A DNA stretch of 62,934 nucleotides, filler included, from Olpidium bornovanus S191 (Eukaryota; Fungi; Olpidiomycota): NCBI GenBank assembly GCA_017911155.1. It is 29 parts of 29 records of this genome, joined end to end, with 100 filler letters (N's around TTAATTAATTAA, not from the genome) between each part and the next. Parts side by side here need not be neighbours in the genome. Positions count along the whole stretch, not along the records: positions 1 to 2,519 come from JAEFCI010010442.1; positions 2,620 to 4,371 come from JAEFCI010007193.1; positions 4,472 to 5,512 come from JAEFCI010001047.1; positions 5,613 to 7,811 come from JAEFCI010008239.1; positions 7,912 to 12,689 come from JAEFCI010003412.1; 24 more parts are not named here. One strand, 5' to 3'. The translations under genes and the position numbers were made by a program. Under the pieces are notes generated by a model. That model had not been told where the DNA came from. It saw nothing but the letters and a program-made list of their open reading frames with translations, and made no database searches. The first letter of the stretch is position 1. Each line of letters opens with the position of its first letter. Shown in pieces: positions 1 to 12,000 of the stretch.

Positions 1-77
<77 letters not shown>

Positions 78-99
78 CCGCCGCCGCCCGCGCCCGACG

Positions 100-1763
100 A
101 TGTTCAGGAAACTCGTCGCCTCCACGCCCGCCGTACGTGTCGCCCCGCAGCGGCCGCCCGGCGCTTGTTTTTGCTGTGGCTCTGCTGCCTTCGCCGTTCC
201 CATTCCCACGCCCGCACTCGCGCGCGGCCGCAAACGCGCCCGACGTCCCAGCTTCGCTCTTTTCCCCGCCGTCTTCAATGAAAACCGAAACTCCGAAGCT
301 CCGTGGGCCGTCGGCGTCTGTGCTCAGATCATGTGCCCCTCCTTTTCCCCCACTCTTTATCTTTTTGTCTCGCCAGTACGTGCGCGCCTACGCCGCGGCC
401 AGTGGCGCCGGCGCACGAGGGTCAAATGCCAAAGTGAGTCCTCCCCCCTTCCCGTTGGTTTTCTTTTTTTTTTTTTTTTTTTTTTTTGCCGGACCGGATG
501 CCGTCGGCATATGTGAAGCCCAAGCGACAACGGCCGAGCAGGCCCGCCCTCAAAGTTAACGGTAGCCCTTCTCGTCTGGACCGCGGCGGATGCCGGTTTG
601 ACCGTTGCCATGACCGGGAACCGCAGGCACGCTTCTTAGTCTGCCTTTTCCGAAACCTGAGATCCACAACGCGATCCGGCCAACTGAAACCGTGCCTTCC
701 ATCTCTCCCCTTCCGCTTTGCCTTCGCACGTCAAAACCGGCGTCTGAAGCAGCAGGTCCCTTTGACGCTCCACGGGATCGACGGCCGCTACGCGACGGCG
801 CTCTTCTCTGCTGCCATGAAGAAGGACGCCCTGCCCGCTGTCGAGGCGGACGTCAAGGTCATCAAGGCCGCGGTGGCTAAGGACGCCGCCGTGCGCGCGA
901 AACTGGCCGACCCGACTAACGCGGGCGACGTTACCGACAAGGACGCCGTGAAGTTGCTGTTCGGAGGGGCCAAACCCCAGAGCCCGGTCACCGCAAACTT
1001 CTGTAGCGTCCTTGTGGAGAACGGCCGGCTCCACGAGGCCGAGCGCGTCGCTGACGGCTTCCTGCAGTTGATGGCCGCCTACCGCGCGGAGATCTCTGTT
1101 ACCGTTACCTCAGCCAAGGTAAAAAAAAAAAAAAAAAAAAAGCAACGCGGGCGCAACGCCGCTGATCCCTTTTTTTACGGGCACGGGGAACGTCGGCCTG
1201 AGAGCGACCGCGGCTGTGCTGTTTTCCCCGCGCGTGGCAGCTGAATCGCCGGAGAAATGTTTGCCCTGTTTCGCATTTGGGGTGTCTTGTGTCTGACGCT
1301 CTTTGGTGGTGCGGCTGTCAAAATCCAGGATCTCGATCCCAAGATACTGAAACGGATCGAGACTGCCCTCGCAAAAGGGGATCTCTCTGACTACAAAACC
1401 ATCAAAGTCCTGAACAAGGTGCCGTATAAACGTGCTGTGATCGCTTACTCCGTGTATTGAGCAAATTGGGCGGTTTGGCTAAAGTGCTTCCGCCTCGTTT
1501 CTCCGACGAAAACCCGCAAACGCGATCGCCACAGGTGAAGCCGTCCATTATTGGCGGACTCGTCGTTGAGTACGGCGACAAGACAATAGACCTTTCCGTG
1601 ATCTCAAAGCTGAGCAAGATTGACAGGGCCGTCGCAGGCATGTGCCGAACGCCGTTCAGACCCTGCCGTTCCGGACCAGCACGGTCGCACATCCAACTAA
1701 CATCCACGTGCTATGTCGCCCGCCTGGTTGCCGAACCCGACGACATTTACAGAATCCGTTTAA
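100..1763 (+). CDS. ATP5: Mitochondrial ATP synthase subunit OSCP (delta), complete, 6 exons: 100-132, 377-433, 756-1118, 1329-1418, 1535-1637, 1753-1763
   Basis: Spliced product MFRKLVASTPA-YVRAYAAA...VPLTLHGIDGRYATALFSAA...NFCSVLVENGRL...VKPSIIGGLVVEYGDKTIDLSVISKLSKIDRAVAESV* matches OSCP hallmarks. Splice phases are consistent. The last intron is GC-AG. Confidence 0.95.
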
Positions 1764-2453
1764 ACCAGAGTGCAATAATACGCCATCAGAATGTTGACAC
1801 TCCGGAGTCGAGAGCGGTCTTGAGGGGGGTTTTTTTTTTCGCTCATGATGAACGGAACGGGGAACGGCCGGAAATTATACGTTCGCGTCCGGGCGGCAAG
1901 CGCACGAAGCGGTCTCCCGCGCAAGTGCCGGCAGCCGGGTTGGCCACTTCCCTGGCTGATTTATTTATCTGGCTTTCTTCGGATCTCGCCCCCCTCGACT
2001 TGGCGCGTCGACGCGAGGTTCCACGCCGGTGAGGGCGAAATCCCGGTGCGTTTGTTTCTTTGCGGAACGGGCAACAAGGCCGCGTGTAAGCCCCACCCCG
2101 CGCTTCTATGGCCAGCGGGTTGGTTCTTTCGAGACGTTTGCTTGAAACGCACAAACGAAAAACGCGCGCAAGACTCGTTCGTTTTACCCAACGCGGGCTC
2201 TTTGTCGCGACGCCGCTGTGACCTCGTGAAACGGCGTTTCCGGCCGGCCCGATTTTTTTTTTTTACCTTGTCGGGGATCGTCGTCCAAAAAAAAAAAGGA
2301 AAGACATTGCGGAATTCCCTGTGAGCGACGTCGTTCGGGAAACAACTCTCTGCCGGCCCTTGGCCCGCGTACTCGCGCCGCGCGCGGCAACGCACACGCC
2401 CGTTCGTCGCACGGACCCGGCGCCCGTGGCGAACGTGCCCGTCGCGCTTCGCG

Positions 2454-2501
<48 letters not shown>

Positions 2502-2878
2502 GGCCCCCCGGGGGGCGGGNNNNNNNNNNNNNNNNNNNNNNNNNNNNNNNNNNNNNNNNNNNNTTAATTAATTAANNNNNNNNNNNNNNNNNNNNNNNNN
2601 NNNNNNNNNNNNNNNNNNNATACGGATACTTTAGTAGTTAAACGTCTTTTCCAGGTATGTAGCTCGGGGAAGGTTGGACACATTTAGACGCCTTGGATTG
2701 GGCCGTGTCTTGATCTGGACAGAGGGTCTTTCTAAGCATGGACATTCCCTGCCCTGCGGGGATAAACCGAGATGTCTGGAGGCAGATGGGGGGATTCGCT
2801 TTTTGAGAACAGCCGAAAGATGCCGCGGGGCATCGGGCTGTGTACCCCGAATCCGTCCCGGTGTCGGCGCCGCGCGCG

Positions 2879-2881
<3 letters not shown>

Positions 2882-2924
<43 letters not shown>
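2882..2924. repeat. (CT)n microsatellite
   Basis: Uninterrupted CT dinucleotide run upstream of the Raptor ORF. Confidence 0.95.
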
Positions 2925-2929
<5 letters not shown>

Positions 2930-3302
2930 TGCTCCTCTCCCGGTTGGGCTGTTTTTGCTTCCGAGACGGGCGGGAAGGGGGGGAAAAAAGGGCGGAAAAA
3001 CGAAACCGAACGAGACCGAACGGCCCCTCCCCCCGCCCGGCGCTCCTGGGAACTCTCCCCTCCCGCCCCCTTTCCCCCCCTCCCCGCATCCCCCGCCAGC
3101 CTGTCTTTCTTCCTGCCTAAGCCCAGCCGGCCTTCCGGCCCGACGCCGCTCCGTTTGGCGCGAACAGCCCTGGCAGGGCCGCGCCCGCTGCCTGGAGTGG
3201 GCGCACGCCAGGGTCGCCTCTGCGGAGAGCCGCGCGGCAGCCGCACCTCGGCGTCACCCGCTCGCTGCCTGTGGACGCCCTCGCTGCGAACCGCGCCCGC
3301 GC

Positions 3303-4371
3303 ATGAGGGCGCCAAGCTTCAGGATGTCGGCCCCGCCCAGACCGGGGTCGCGGCAAAACTCGTCGGCCGGAATCACGGACAGAAGCTTTTTCGAAGCGCC
3401 GTCGGCAGCCGGTGTGGAACACGCGAGGGGCGAAGTTGGCGCCGTCGATCCGCGAGACGGACAGGTCGCTCCGGACCCGTGCTCGTCGGACGTGGGTGGG
3501 GAGGAGGGGGCGGCCGGGCGGCCCTTGGCGGTCGACGGAAAGCGAAGAGGTCGCCAACCACCGCCGACGCCGGCCACAGCACGAGAGGCAACAGGGTTTG
3601 GAACAGCGGGCCAACGTGGCGACCCGGGTTCGGCGGACACGGATGGGGAGGAGGCGTCGGCCGAGTCGGCCTCAACGGTCGGTGGGAAGCACAGGCAACC
3701 GTTGCGGCCTCTGACAGCCGACGACGTGCGAGAGCTGTCCGACGCGTTCGCCAACACGTACTTCACGGAAGTACGTCACCAGAACCCGGACCCCTCGCCA
3801 GACCGCCACCGGCGGGAACAACTGCAGGACTGGCGGATGCGCGAGCGGCTCAAAACCGTGTCGGTCGCGCTGGTCCTCTGCCTGAATATCGGCGTCGATC
3901 CGCCAGACGTTGTCAAGACGGACCCGTGCGCGAAACTTGAGTGTTGGGTCGCCCCCACGCCGCTCCTGCCGCAAAAGGCACTCGAGGCAATCGGGAAGAA
4001 CCTGCAGCAACAGTATGAAGTATGGCAGCCCCGAGCGCGGTACAGGCTCGCGCTCGACCCTTCCGTCGAGGAAACGAAGAAAGGATGCATGAATCTGCGG
4101 CGGAACGCGAAGGAGGAGCGCATACTTTTCCACTACAATGGCCACGGCGTGCCAAAACCGACGGCCAGCGGGGAGTTGTGGGTCTTCAACAAGGACTACA
4201 CGCAGTACATCCCCGTGTCGTTATACGATCTGCAGACATGGCTGGGGAGCCCATGTATTTTGGTTTACGACTGCAGCGCTGCGGGTCACATACTCCTCAA
4301 TTTCAACAAATTTGCAGAGCAGAGGGACAAGGACCGGCTCTCGCAGCAGAAATTTCTCCATCAACAAGGGC
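3303..4371 (+). CDS. KOG1: TORC1 subunit Raptor/KOG1, 5' fragment (N-terminal caspase-like domain), truncated by contig end; start codon uncertain
   Basis: [39 protein letters not shown]...[57 protein letters not shown] is the conserved Raptor N-terminus. Confidence 0.97.
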
Positions 4372-5794
4372 NNNNNNNNNNNNNNNNNNNNNNNNNNNNN
4401 NNNNNNNNNNNNNNNTTAATTAATTAANNNNNNNNNNNNNNNNNNNNNNNNNNNNNNNNNNNNNNNNNNNNCCACGGCCGTATTTTTAGTATTTAATATA
4501 TATATCTTATATTATAATCTGCCAATAATGGATCCTTTAACGGAATCGTAGCCGGCTTGTGGCCGACAATTTTTTTTTTGTTTTTTTTTTTTCTTCTTTT
4601 GCCGGCAGCGGCTGCCGAGGGTGTGGGGGGAGAGGGTAAGGGGGGAGGAAGGGGAGGGGACAGAAAAGGGCGTGCTGGGAGGAATGGAGGCAGGGCGTGT
4701 ATACTGAGGAGAAAATGCGGCGCAAGGGCCGAACTGGAGATGGGAGAGGCAGGCAATGAGGACCACGAAGCATCAAACGAAATAGGCGTTGAACTTTCTC
4801 GTTGGCCCATTTCTCCAAGTGCAGTTTCAGTTGAAAATACAGAGTTCAGAGGTAAACTCGTTCAGGGTTGTCTCTTGTCTGAATTCTTTCAAATCTGTCT
4901 TCTAAATCTACTTCCACTCAAGGCTCGTTCGCTTATTTACGTTGTTTCTTGGTTGTCCGAAAACAGGGGTTACAGGAAGGCGTGCTGCCTATATAGCATA
5001 TCACCCCCCTAGTCCGCTGACCCGGGGTCAGAAAAACTTTTTAAGACCAAGAAAAAGAAAAATCTAATTGCCTTGACGTCGCTTGAAATCCGCGACGGCG
5101 GCCGACGCCCTTGCGAGTTTACGCGCCGGTTTCAATGAGTTCTCCAATGATTTAAACCCTTCCACTTGACCAAAAACTGCAGTTGACAACGATAAAGGCA
5201 GGCGTCAAAGACTTTTTTGACTTCCAACTCGTGCTCACTCGTGACCATTAACGGGCCGGGGCGGGGGTTGTCAAGGTGTTGGGGTGCGAATGAGGGGGGG
5301 GCTGATATGGTCGCAGCTTAGCTGGGGAGAACCAGGGGAATATGCCAGAGAGGGTGCCAGGCAATTCAAGATGGCAGTTTCCCCGGCAGTTCATGTCGAG
5401 AGTTTGGTAGAGTCCAATTGCCTGGGACAGATACTTGGTGACAGTCGTCTTTGGTCTGAACGTTTAGACCGGACCTGTCCAGGAGGAGGGGTTCACCAAC
5501 CTGAAACAAGCGNNNNNNNNNNNNNNNNNNNNNNNNNNNNNNNNNNNNNNNNNNNNTTAATTAATTAANNNNNNNNNNNNNNNNNNNNNNNNNNNNNNNN
5601 NNNNNNNNNNNNCTCTTCACTCTGTCCGTCTCTCCATCTATCTCCCTTCCTCATATTCGGATATTCCGCGCATGTGGCCTTGGCGATGGCAGGGAAAGAG
5701 AAATTAAAAAAAAAATTGGCGTCTCTCGGGAGTGTCTTCTTCTCCTCGTCTGCGCGCAGGAAAATCCCCCCGCACAAACGGGGCGTTGCGCGGG

Positions 5795-6055
5795 GGCGGG
5801 GAGAGGGAGAGGAGAGAATGGCGAAGGAGAGAGGGGGAAGAGAGAGAGAGAGAAAGAGAGAGAGAGGGAGAGCACAGAGAAGAGAGAGAGAGAGCGAGAC
5901 AGAGAGCAAGAGACAGAGCAGAGAGACAGTGAGAGAGACAGAGAGTGAGAGAAAAAGGGAAGAGGGTGGGCGGGTGGGCGGGTGGGCGGGGGGGTTTCCT
6001 ATTTGGCGTGGCGTCCCTGGCATAAAAAAAAAGAGAGAGAGAGAGAGGCGGAAGA
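5795..6055. repeat. Polypurine (GA-rich) low-complexity tract upstream of ARPC2
   Basis: Imperfect (GA)n/(GAGACA)n run visible in the sequence. Confidence 0.8.
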
Positions 6056-6187
6056 GAAACCCAGACATTCCCGCGTTTCCCTCGCCGCCAGCCAAAAAAA
6101 AAAAAAAAAAAAAAAAAGGAAGAAAAAAAAAAACCCCCCGCCGGACCGCCCAAAAGACACCCCGGGACAGGCGCGGCGGGCGACGGC

Positions 6188-7811
6188 ATGATCCTGCTTG
6201 AGCACCACAATGTCGTCGTGCGGAATACCCTCACCGAGAGGTTCTTCAGGTAAAACAACGAAGGGGAAAAAAAAAACCAAAAAAAACGATGCCTCTGCCC
6301 CCCCCCCCGCCCCCCCCGAAGGTCAACGTCTCCTCTCCGCCGCGCGCACCGATGTCTGTGCCCGACCCCGGCTCCCTGCCACCCGCGTCGCCAGTCTGCC
6401 GGAGCGCGTCGCTTGCTGCTTGGGAAACCATGCCGTGGAAAGGCCGGCCGGTGCACACTGCGCGTCGCGACCTCTGATGAGCGCGGTGGGGGGGGGGAAG
6501 GGGGGGAGGGGTGTAGTCCGTCGGTCGTCCTCGTTCGCGTGTGCAGCGCCGTTGTGCGTCGTGATCCCACCAAACGCGCTGCTCTTCCAGCTGAATCTAC
6601 TCCTGCTGTCCGACACCGGCCGCCCACTGGGCCTGGCGGGTGCTTGACAGCAATAAGCCCGAGAGCTTAGACATCACCCTCGGCGACTTTGATGGCGTCA
6701 CGTACCGCCTGCTGACGCCAGAGTCGAAGACAGAGATACTGCTGTCCATGGCGATGCGGTGCTTCAAGGAGCTGGCGACCTACGGCGCGAACGAGGTGCT
6801 CCGCAGGGAGTACGGCGACTACCTCCAAGGAAGCCCCGAACCCGGCTACGACGTCACTTTGAAGTTCGATCTCGAAAAGTTGCCGCCGGACGAGGAGGCG
6901 AAGCGTGAGTGCCATCTACCAGGCTTTTGTTGGAAAGCGATGCCTGGCGGCCTGGTGTCCGCATAAAAAGTTTAAAAACAGAGCGGGAAAAAAAAAGGTT
7001 TACAGCCGCGTCCCATAGGGGCCCCGTTTCTAATGGAGAGGAATCATTGATCTGTCCGGAAATCCCGCGAAGACGCGTTGATCAAGAAGGTTGCCCTCCT
7101 GAAGCGCAACGCATTGGCCGCACCGTTCGAACGCGCCTTCAACGAACAAGAAGCGAAGAAGGATGACAAGGATGCGCAGTTCCCGTTGATGTCGGTGCAC
7201 TACCGCGAAGAGGAAGCAATCTACGTTCGCGCTCACCACGACCGCGTCACGGTCATATTCTCGACGCTGTTCAAGGAGGAAACCGACGGGATCTTTGCAA
7301 AGGTTTTCCTGCAGGTGGGAGAGGGCGCGTACCGTCAATCATCGGTGCATCCTGACCTGTTTGTCATATCCTGCTGTCGGGCTTGGCGGCCGGGGGGAAG
7401 CGGCAAACCGAGGAACGAGACGTGCGGCGTTAGGAAATTTATTCGGACTGCTTTGCGACCGTTTGCAGGAGTTCGTTGACGCGCGGCGCAACATCCACAA
7501 CGCCCCGCCGGTTCTGTACTCCAACAAGGAACCGCCGTTCGAGCTCCGCAACGTGAACGATCTCAAACTCGGCGAGAACGTCGGATACATCACGTTCGGT
7601 ACGACGCGCTCGGCGGTCGCGCTGTCCGGCGCTTTTCTTGCCAAAACTCGCGGCCCGCGTCGGGAATGCCGCCGACTCCCGTTTTCTCCTCCCGCAGTGC
7701 TGTTTCCGAGGCACGTCGTTCCAGGTTCCGTGCGCGAGGAGACCATTTCGCGAATCCAGCTATTTCGCGATTACCTCCACTATCACATCAAGTGCTCCAA
7801 GGCCTACATGC
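6188..7811 (+). CDS. ARC35: Arp2/3 complex 34-kDa subunit (ARPC2/Arc35), 3'-truncated; exons 6188-6249, 6651-6904, 7073-7314, 7469-7598, 7698-7811
   Basis: [11 protein letters not shown]...[17 protein letters not shown]...[12 protein letters not shown]...YREEEAIY...[32 protein letters not shown]...VLFPRH...[20 protein letters not shown] boundaries are phase-consistent. Confidence 0.97.
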
Positions 7812-7949
7812 NNNNNNNNNNNNNNNNNNNNNNNNNNNNNNNNNNNNNNNNNNNNTTAATTAATTAANNNNNNNNNNNNNNNNNNNNNNNNNNNNNNNNN
7901 NNNNNNNNNNNCATGACTCCACAGGTTCCTGCAAGCTGACATAAACTTG

Positions 7950-8450
7950 GACGAATACAAACAATGAGCTGACGATGGAGATCGTCAACAAGCTGACAAA
8001 GATCTCCGCCGGGCAGTCATTGAACTTACCGGGGCGAAGCTGACGATGGATATCGTCAACAAGCTGACAAAGATCTCCGCCGGGCAGTCATTGAACTTAC
8101 CGGGGCGCCCGCCATTCAATTGCCTACCGGGGTACAATTCACAAGTGCGGCAAGAAGGGCGTCAATGTCGACCGCAAAAAGATTACCGGGACGACAACGA
8201 GAAATTAAATTAAAAGGAAATTGCTATGGCCATGCTGTCTACAATACCTTTCTATATTAGAAAGGGACGCGCGGACACTCTCATGCATTTGACAGAAAAG
8301 CATGCAGCCCAGCTCTACTACAAGGCAGCATCAAACCAATACCAGCCATACAGCCGCCCGTCCCACAGGGCCTTGCAAGCCTTCCTGTGCAAAAAAAAGG
8401 AATTGCATATGAACCAGTGAGCGACAATGGTTGTGCCCACCAGAGACAAG
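7950..8450 (+). mobile_element. Possible highly decayed Ty1/copia gag remnant
   Basis: YRGTIHKCGKKG resembles the copia zinc-knuckle lead-in (FKGxCHKCGKKGH). The frames are broken by stops, so support is weak. Confidence 0.25.
7967..8107. repeat. Near-perfect 71-bp tandem duplication (2 copies)
   Basis: AGCTGACGATGGA(G/T)ATCGTCAACAAGCTGACAAAGATCTCCGCCGGGCAGTCATTGAACTTACCGGGGCG starts at 7967 and again at 8038. Confidence 0.95.
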
Positions 8451-9009
8451 GTGAAACTACAACAACACCAACCGCCGATAAGCTATCGATAATGCTCCTA
8501 ATTTTATCTGACATGCTCTCATATTCCCATACCTGAGAGGCCTCCGAAATTTTCTTAGAGAGATTCCTCCCCAACTACTGCATCCGCCAGGCCTGGCCAT
8601 CCGGGAGGGCTTGATGCTGTCGTCATTTTTTTTACTTGGCATTCGCATATCTCGTCCTTCAATTCCACGTGATTCTTGCAGAAACCGAGCCGGCTCACCT
8701 AAAATCTGCGTTTTTAAAAACCAGGGGCAGCGGAAACGCCCTAACTGTGACCAACCGGACGTCACGTGATGTCAACCCCCTTGGGTTCCTATTGCGCAGC
8801 AGAAAGCAATCTTTCCTGCGCACAACAACCGGCGACCGCGACACTTGGCATCCCGCCCTCGCCTCGTTGCGGCTGCTTCACACGGTTCTTCTCCGCTGAG
8901 GACCTCGCCCGACGGGCAGGTCGCGCCCCCTCCCCGGCGGCGGCGGCGTCTTCTGGAGAGGCGCGCTGTTGCCATATGCCGCTTCTCACAACCGGGAATA
9001 CCCCGTCAC

Positions 9010-12000
9010 ATGTTCGGTGCCGTGTCCCGGCGCTGCGCCCCACGAAGACCACGGACGCACCGCGCGTGGACTCTGCCTGCTGCTGTTGCGGCGGGCCTTT
9101 TGCCTCCTCCGCCACCACTGGCACCAATCGCGGCCGCCGCGGCTGCGTTCCCAGTTTGCCGCTTGCGCTCTCCGCAAGACACGCCGCGGCCGCCCGGCGC
9201 GTCTCCTGTGCGGATGCTCTTCACCGGCCGAGACGCTGCCCGGGGGCCGCGCGGCCTGCATGCCGAAGCGCGGGCAACGGCCGAGGGGAAGGAAGACATA
9301 AGTGGTTCCCAGTCGTTGGACTCGGACGGGTTGCTCCACAACCGGGTACAGCGTGCAGACACGCTCAAGCAGGCGGCGAGGAAGGGCGACCTGGCCGGTG
9401 CCGTGTCAGCACTGCGGGCGATGCGACGGGCCGGCGACGAGGTGGGCAGGGAAACCTACTACGATTTTTTTGCCGCTATCCTGTCGTGCACGTCGGTCGG
9501 CGGTACGGTGCATTTGGAACAGGAGGACCGGTGTGCCCCGGTGGCACCCGAACTCACGCTCGCCGGCAGACCGGCCGCTTCGGCCTCCGAATTGTACGCC
9601 ATGTACGCCAGGTTCAACGACACAGACGGCTTGCGACAGGTCCTCTACAATGTCGGACTCCCACGAGAGCCGGCCGTGGCCCGTCTAGTCCTTCTGGTCG
9701 TCTCTGATTTGAGCTACCCGAAAACGGCGACGAAAAATCCGAAACCTATTGGGCAAAATAAATTTATGCCGCTGTTCGACAATCACGAGCGTCTGCAGGT
9801 TATTTTCGCTCACCACCTGCTTGGAAAGCGCCGGACCAGGAATGAGATGCTGCTGGAGCTGTGGGAGGATGCCCCCGGGATAGATAACGAGATACCATTC
9901 CACTTTCTTTTTGAGCCGGGTGAACACGACGACGCTGGTGTGCTGGAAGAGGCGGCTTCTGCGGCGGCCTTATTTGCTGAAATGGAAGCTCGGGGAACAC
10001 CGTGGACTGCGCCGACGATATTTGGGGTCATACGACGGATAAAGGCTGCGCAGGAGCGGCATCCGGACACCGTTGTAAACGACCGACTGGGCGCTTCGGT
10101 GGCGGATGTGCTCCGAAGACGGGAATCTCGCCGCTTGCTGCGAAAGCGGTACGGCTGGGACTTGGACTGCGCAGACAGTCCCGAGCCGGTGGGATCTGCG
10201 CCGAAGGACTGGCCTGCTCGCCTCGACTACCGCCTGGGTTTGCACGAGTTCGCGACGAGCTTGAAGCGTTATCTAGACACGGGCGCGTGTAACTGGGTCA
10301 AGCTCCGTCAAGTTCTACTCGGCCTGGAGCCTGTGGAACACATGGATAGGGCTGTGAGAGATGCCGAAAAGGGCGCAAGCCCCGAGAAACTTGCTGTGGC
10401 GAAATTGGTGCTGCAGATAGCAAGCCTCCTAGAAGCGAAAGGCACTGAGCTAACGCTCGCGGAGAAGATTCAGGTTCTTGCGGCCCGTCTGCTGCACGAT
10501 GAATTCGAGATGGTCATCGAGGCGGCAAAGAAAGAATTGGGCGATCCTGATTTCCGCCTCTCTGCACGGCGAGTCGACCACGACCGACTGACCAACCTCT
10601 ACTTCCGCGCACTCATATCTTCTGGTCGATGGAAGGCATTTAAGGCCAGGCACCTCGAGAAGCAACGAGGTGTTCTGAGTGTTTCTGCACTCAATGGGCT
10701 CCACTCGGCGATTCGCGACCGGACGTACAAGATTGCTGACAGTGCCGTGGAGTATATGCGCGGCCGCCTACTGCCCGGGAGCGCCTTGGACTACACTGAC
10801 CAGACGTTCGTGGATGTGCTGAAGCTCTGGGTTCACGGAGACAACCCGGACCGTGCAGAGGCGGTGCTGTCGGATATGCTTAGGTTCGGGCACCGCCCAC
10901 CGGACTGGGCATACCTAGAGGTGGCTTGGTCATACCTGCAGAACAGCCGTGCTCAAGACGCTGCACGGATGTTTTACGTATTCATCTATAGCGGCGGACG
11001 AGTGACACCGAAAATTGCGGAGGCATTCCTATACGCCATAGTGCATGCGCCGCGGAAGCTGAAGATGAGGAGGTGCACGCCAAGCGCCAGGGTGAGATTT
11101 ACGGAGCAGGCGGCGCTGACGGGGCTGGACCTGTTCCGCCGGACTCTGAACTGGAACGTCAACCCGACAACCAAAAGCCTGGCAGCGGTTATCGCGGCGG
11201 CTAAGCGGCTGGATCGCGTGCGGACATTAGAGAAGCTTCTCCAGTTTGCGCAGCTGAACGGGATGCAGCTGACCCAGTACGATTACCACAACCTCGTGTA
11301 CATGAGCGCCAAGATGACCAACCTTCCACGCGCACAACATATAATGCAGCAGATGCTTCGCGAAAACGTCGTCCCTTTGGCCGTCACCCACGAATGCATG
11401 CTCCAGCTCATTTTCGCGGTAGACGGCGTTCAGGAGGCGTTCCGGTACTACGTAAACCAGCGGGGAACGGGCCTGTTCGTACCAACGCACCACACTGTGT
11501 TTGTCGTCCTGATGGTCGCCCGGATGGCTGGTGCCTGGGACTTTGTGCAGCATGTGATGGCCGACCTGCGCGCCATCGGGTACGACATCTCGCCGTCGGA
11601 CTACACCCGGATGATCAAGTCTGTGCACAACCACCGAGGGAACCTGGACGATGTCTTTGGCTACGTTGACATGCTGCGGCTGTACGGTGCGCGAATGGAT
11701 CTCACGACGGCGCGGACGCTGCTTTGGCTCTGCGGGGTGCAAGCTTGCCGCAAGTTCCCCGACCCCGGTGCACCAGCGTTCGGCTCCCCCGAGGCTCAAA
11801 ACTGGGACCCGCCGGACGACGACTCGAACGTCGTGCGGGTCACGCCTGCGGCCGTCCTGGCGTTCATGAGGAGGGTTTTCGCAGACCTCGTCCGCGAGCA
11901 CGTCGAGATCGACAACGCTGTCGTGACGCCCATGGTGCTCTCCCTATCCGCCAACTGCCACTGGCGGGGGCTCCGCGAGGTCATCGAGCTGGTCGACGAA

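Noticed and set aside
4472-5512. Possible coding fragments on the minus strand of contig 3
   Set aside because: Frames are interrupted, there is no recognisable motif, and I found no consistent splice model.
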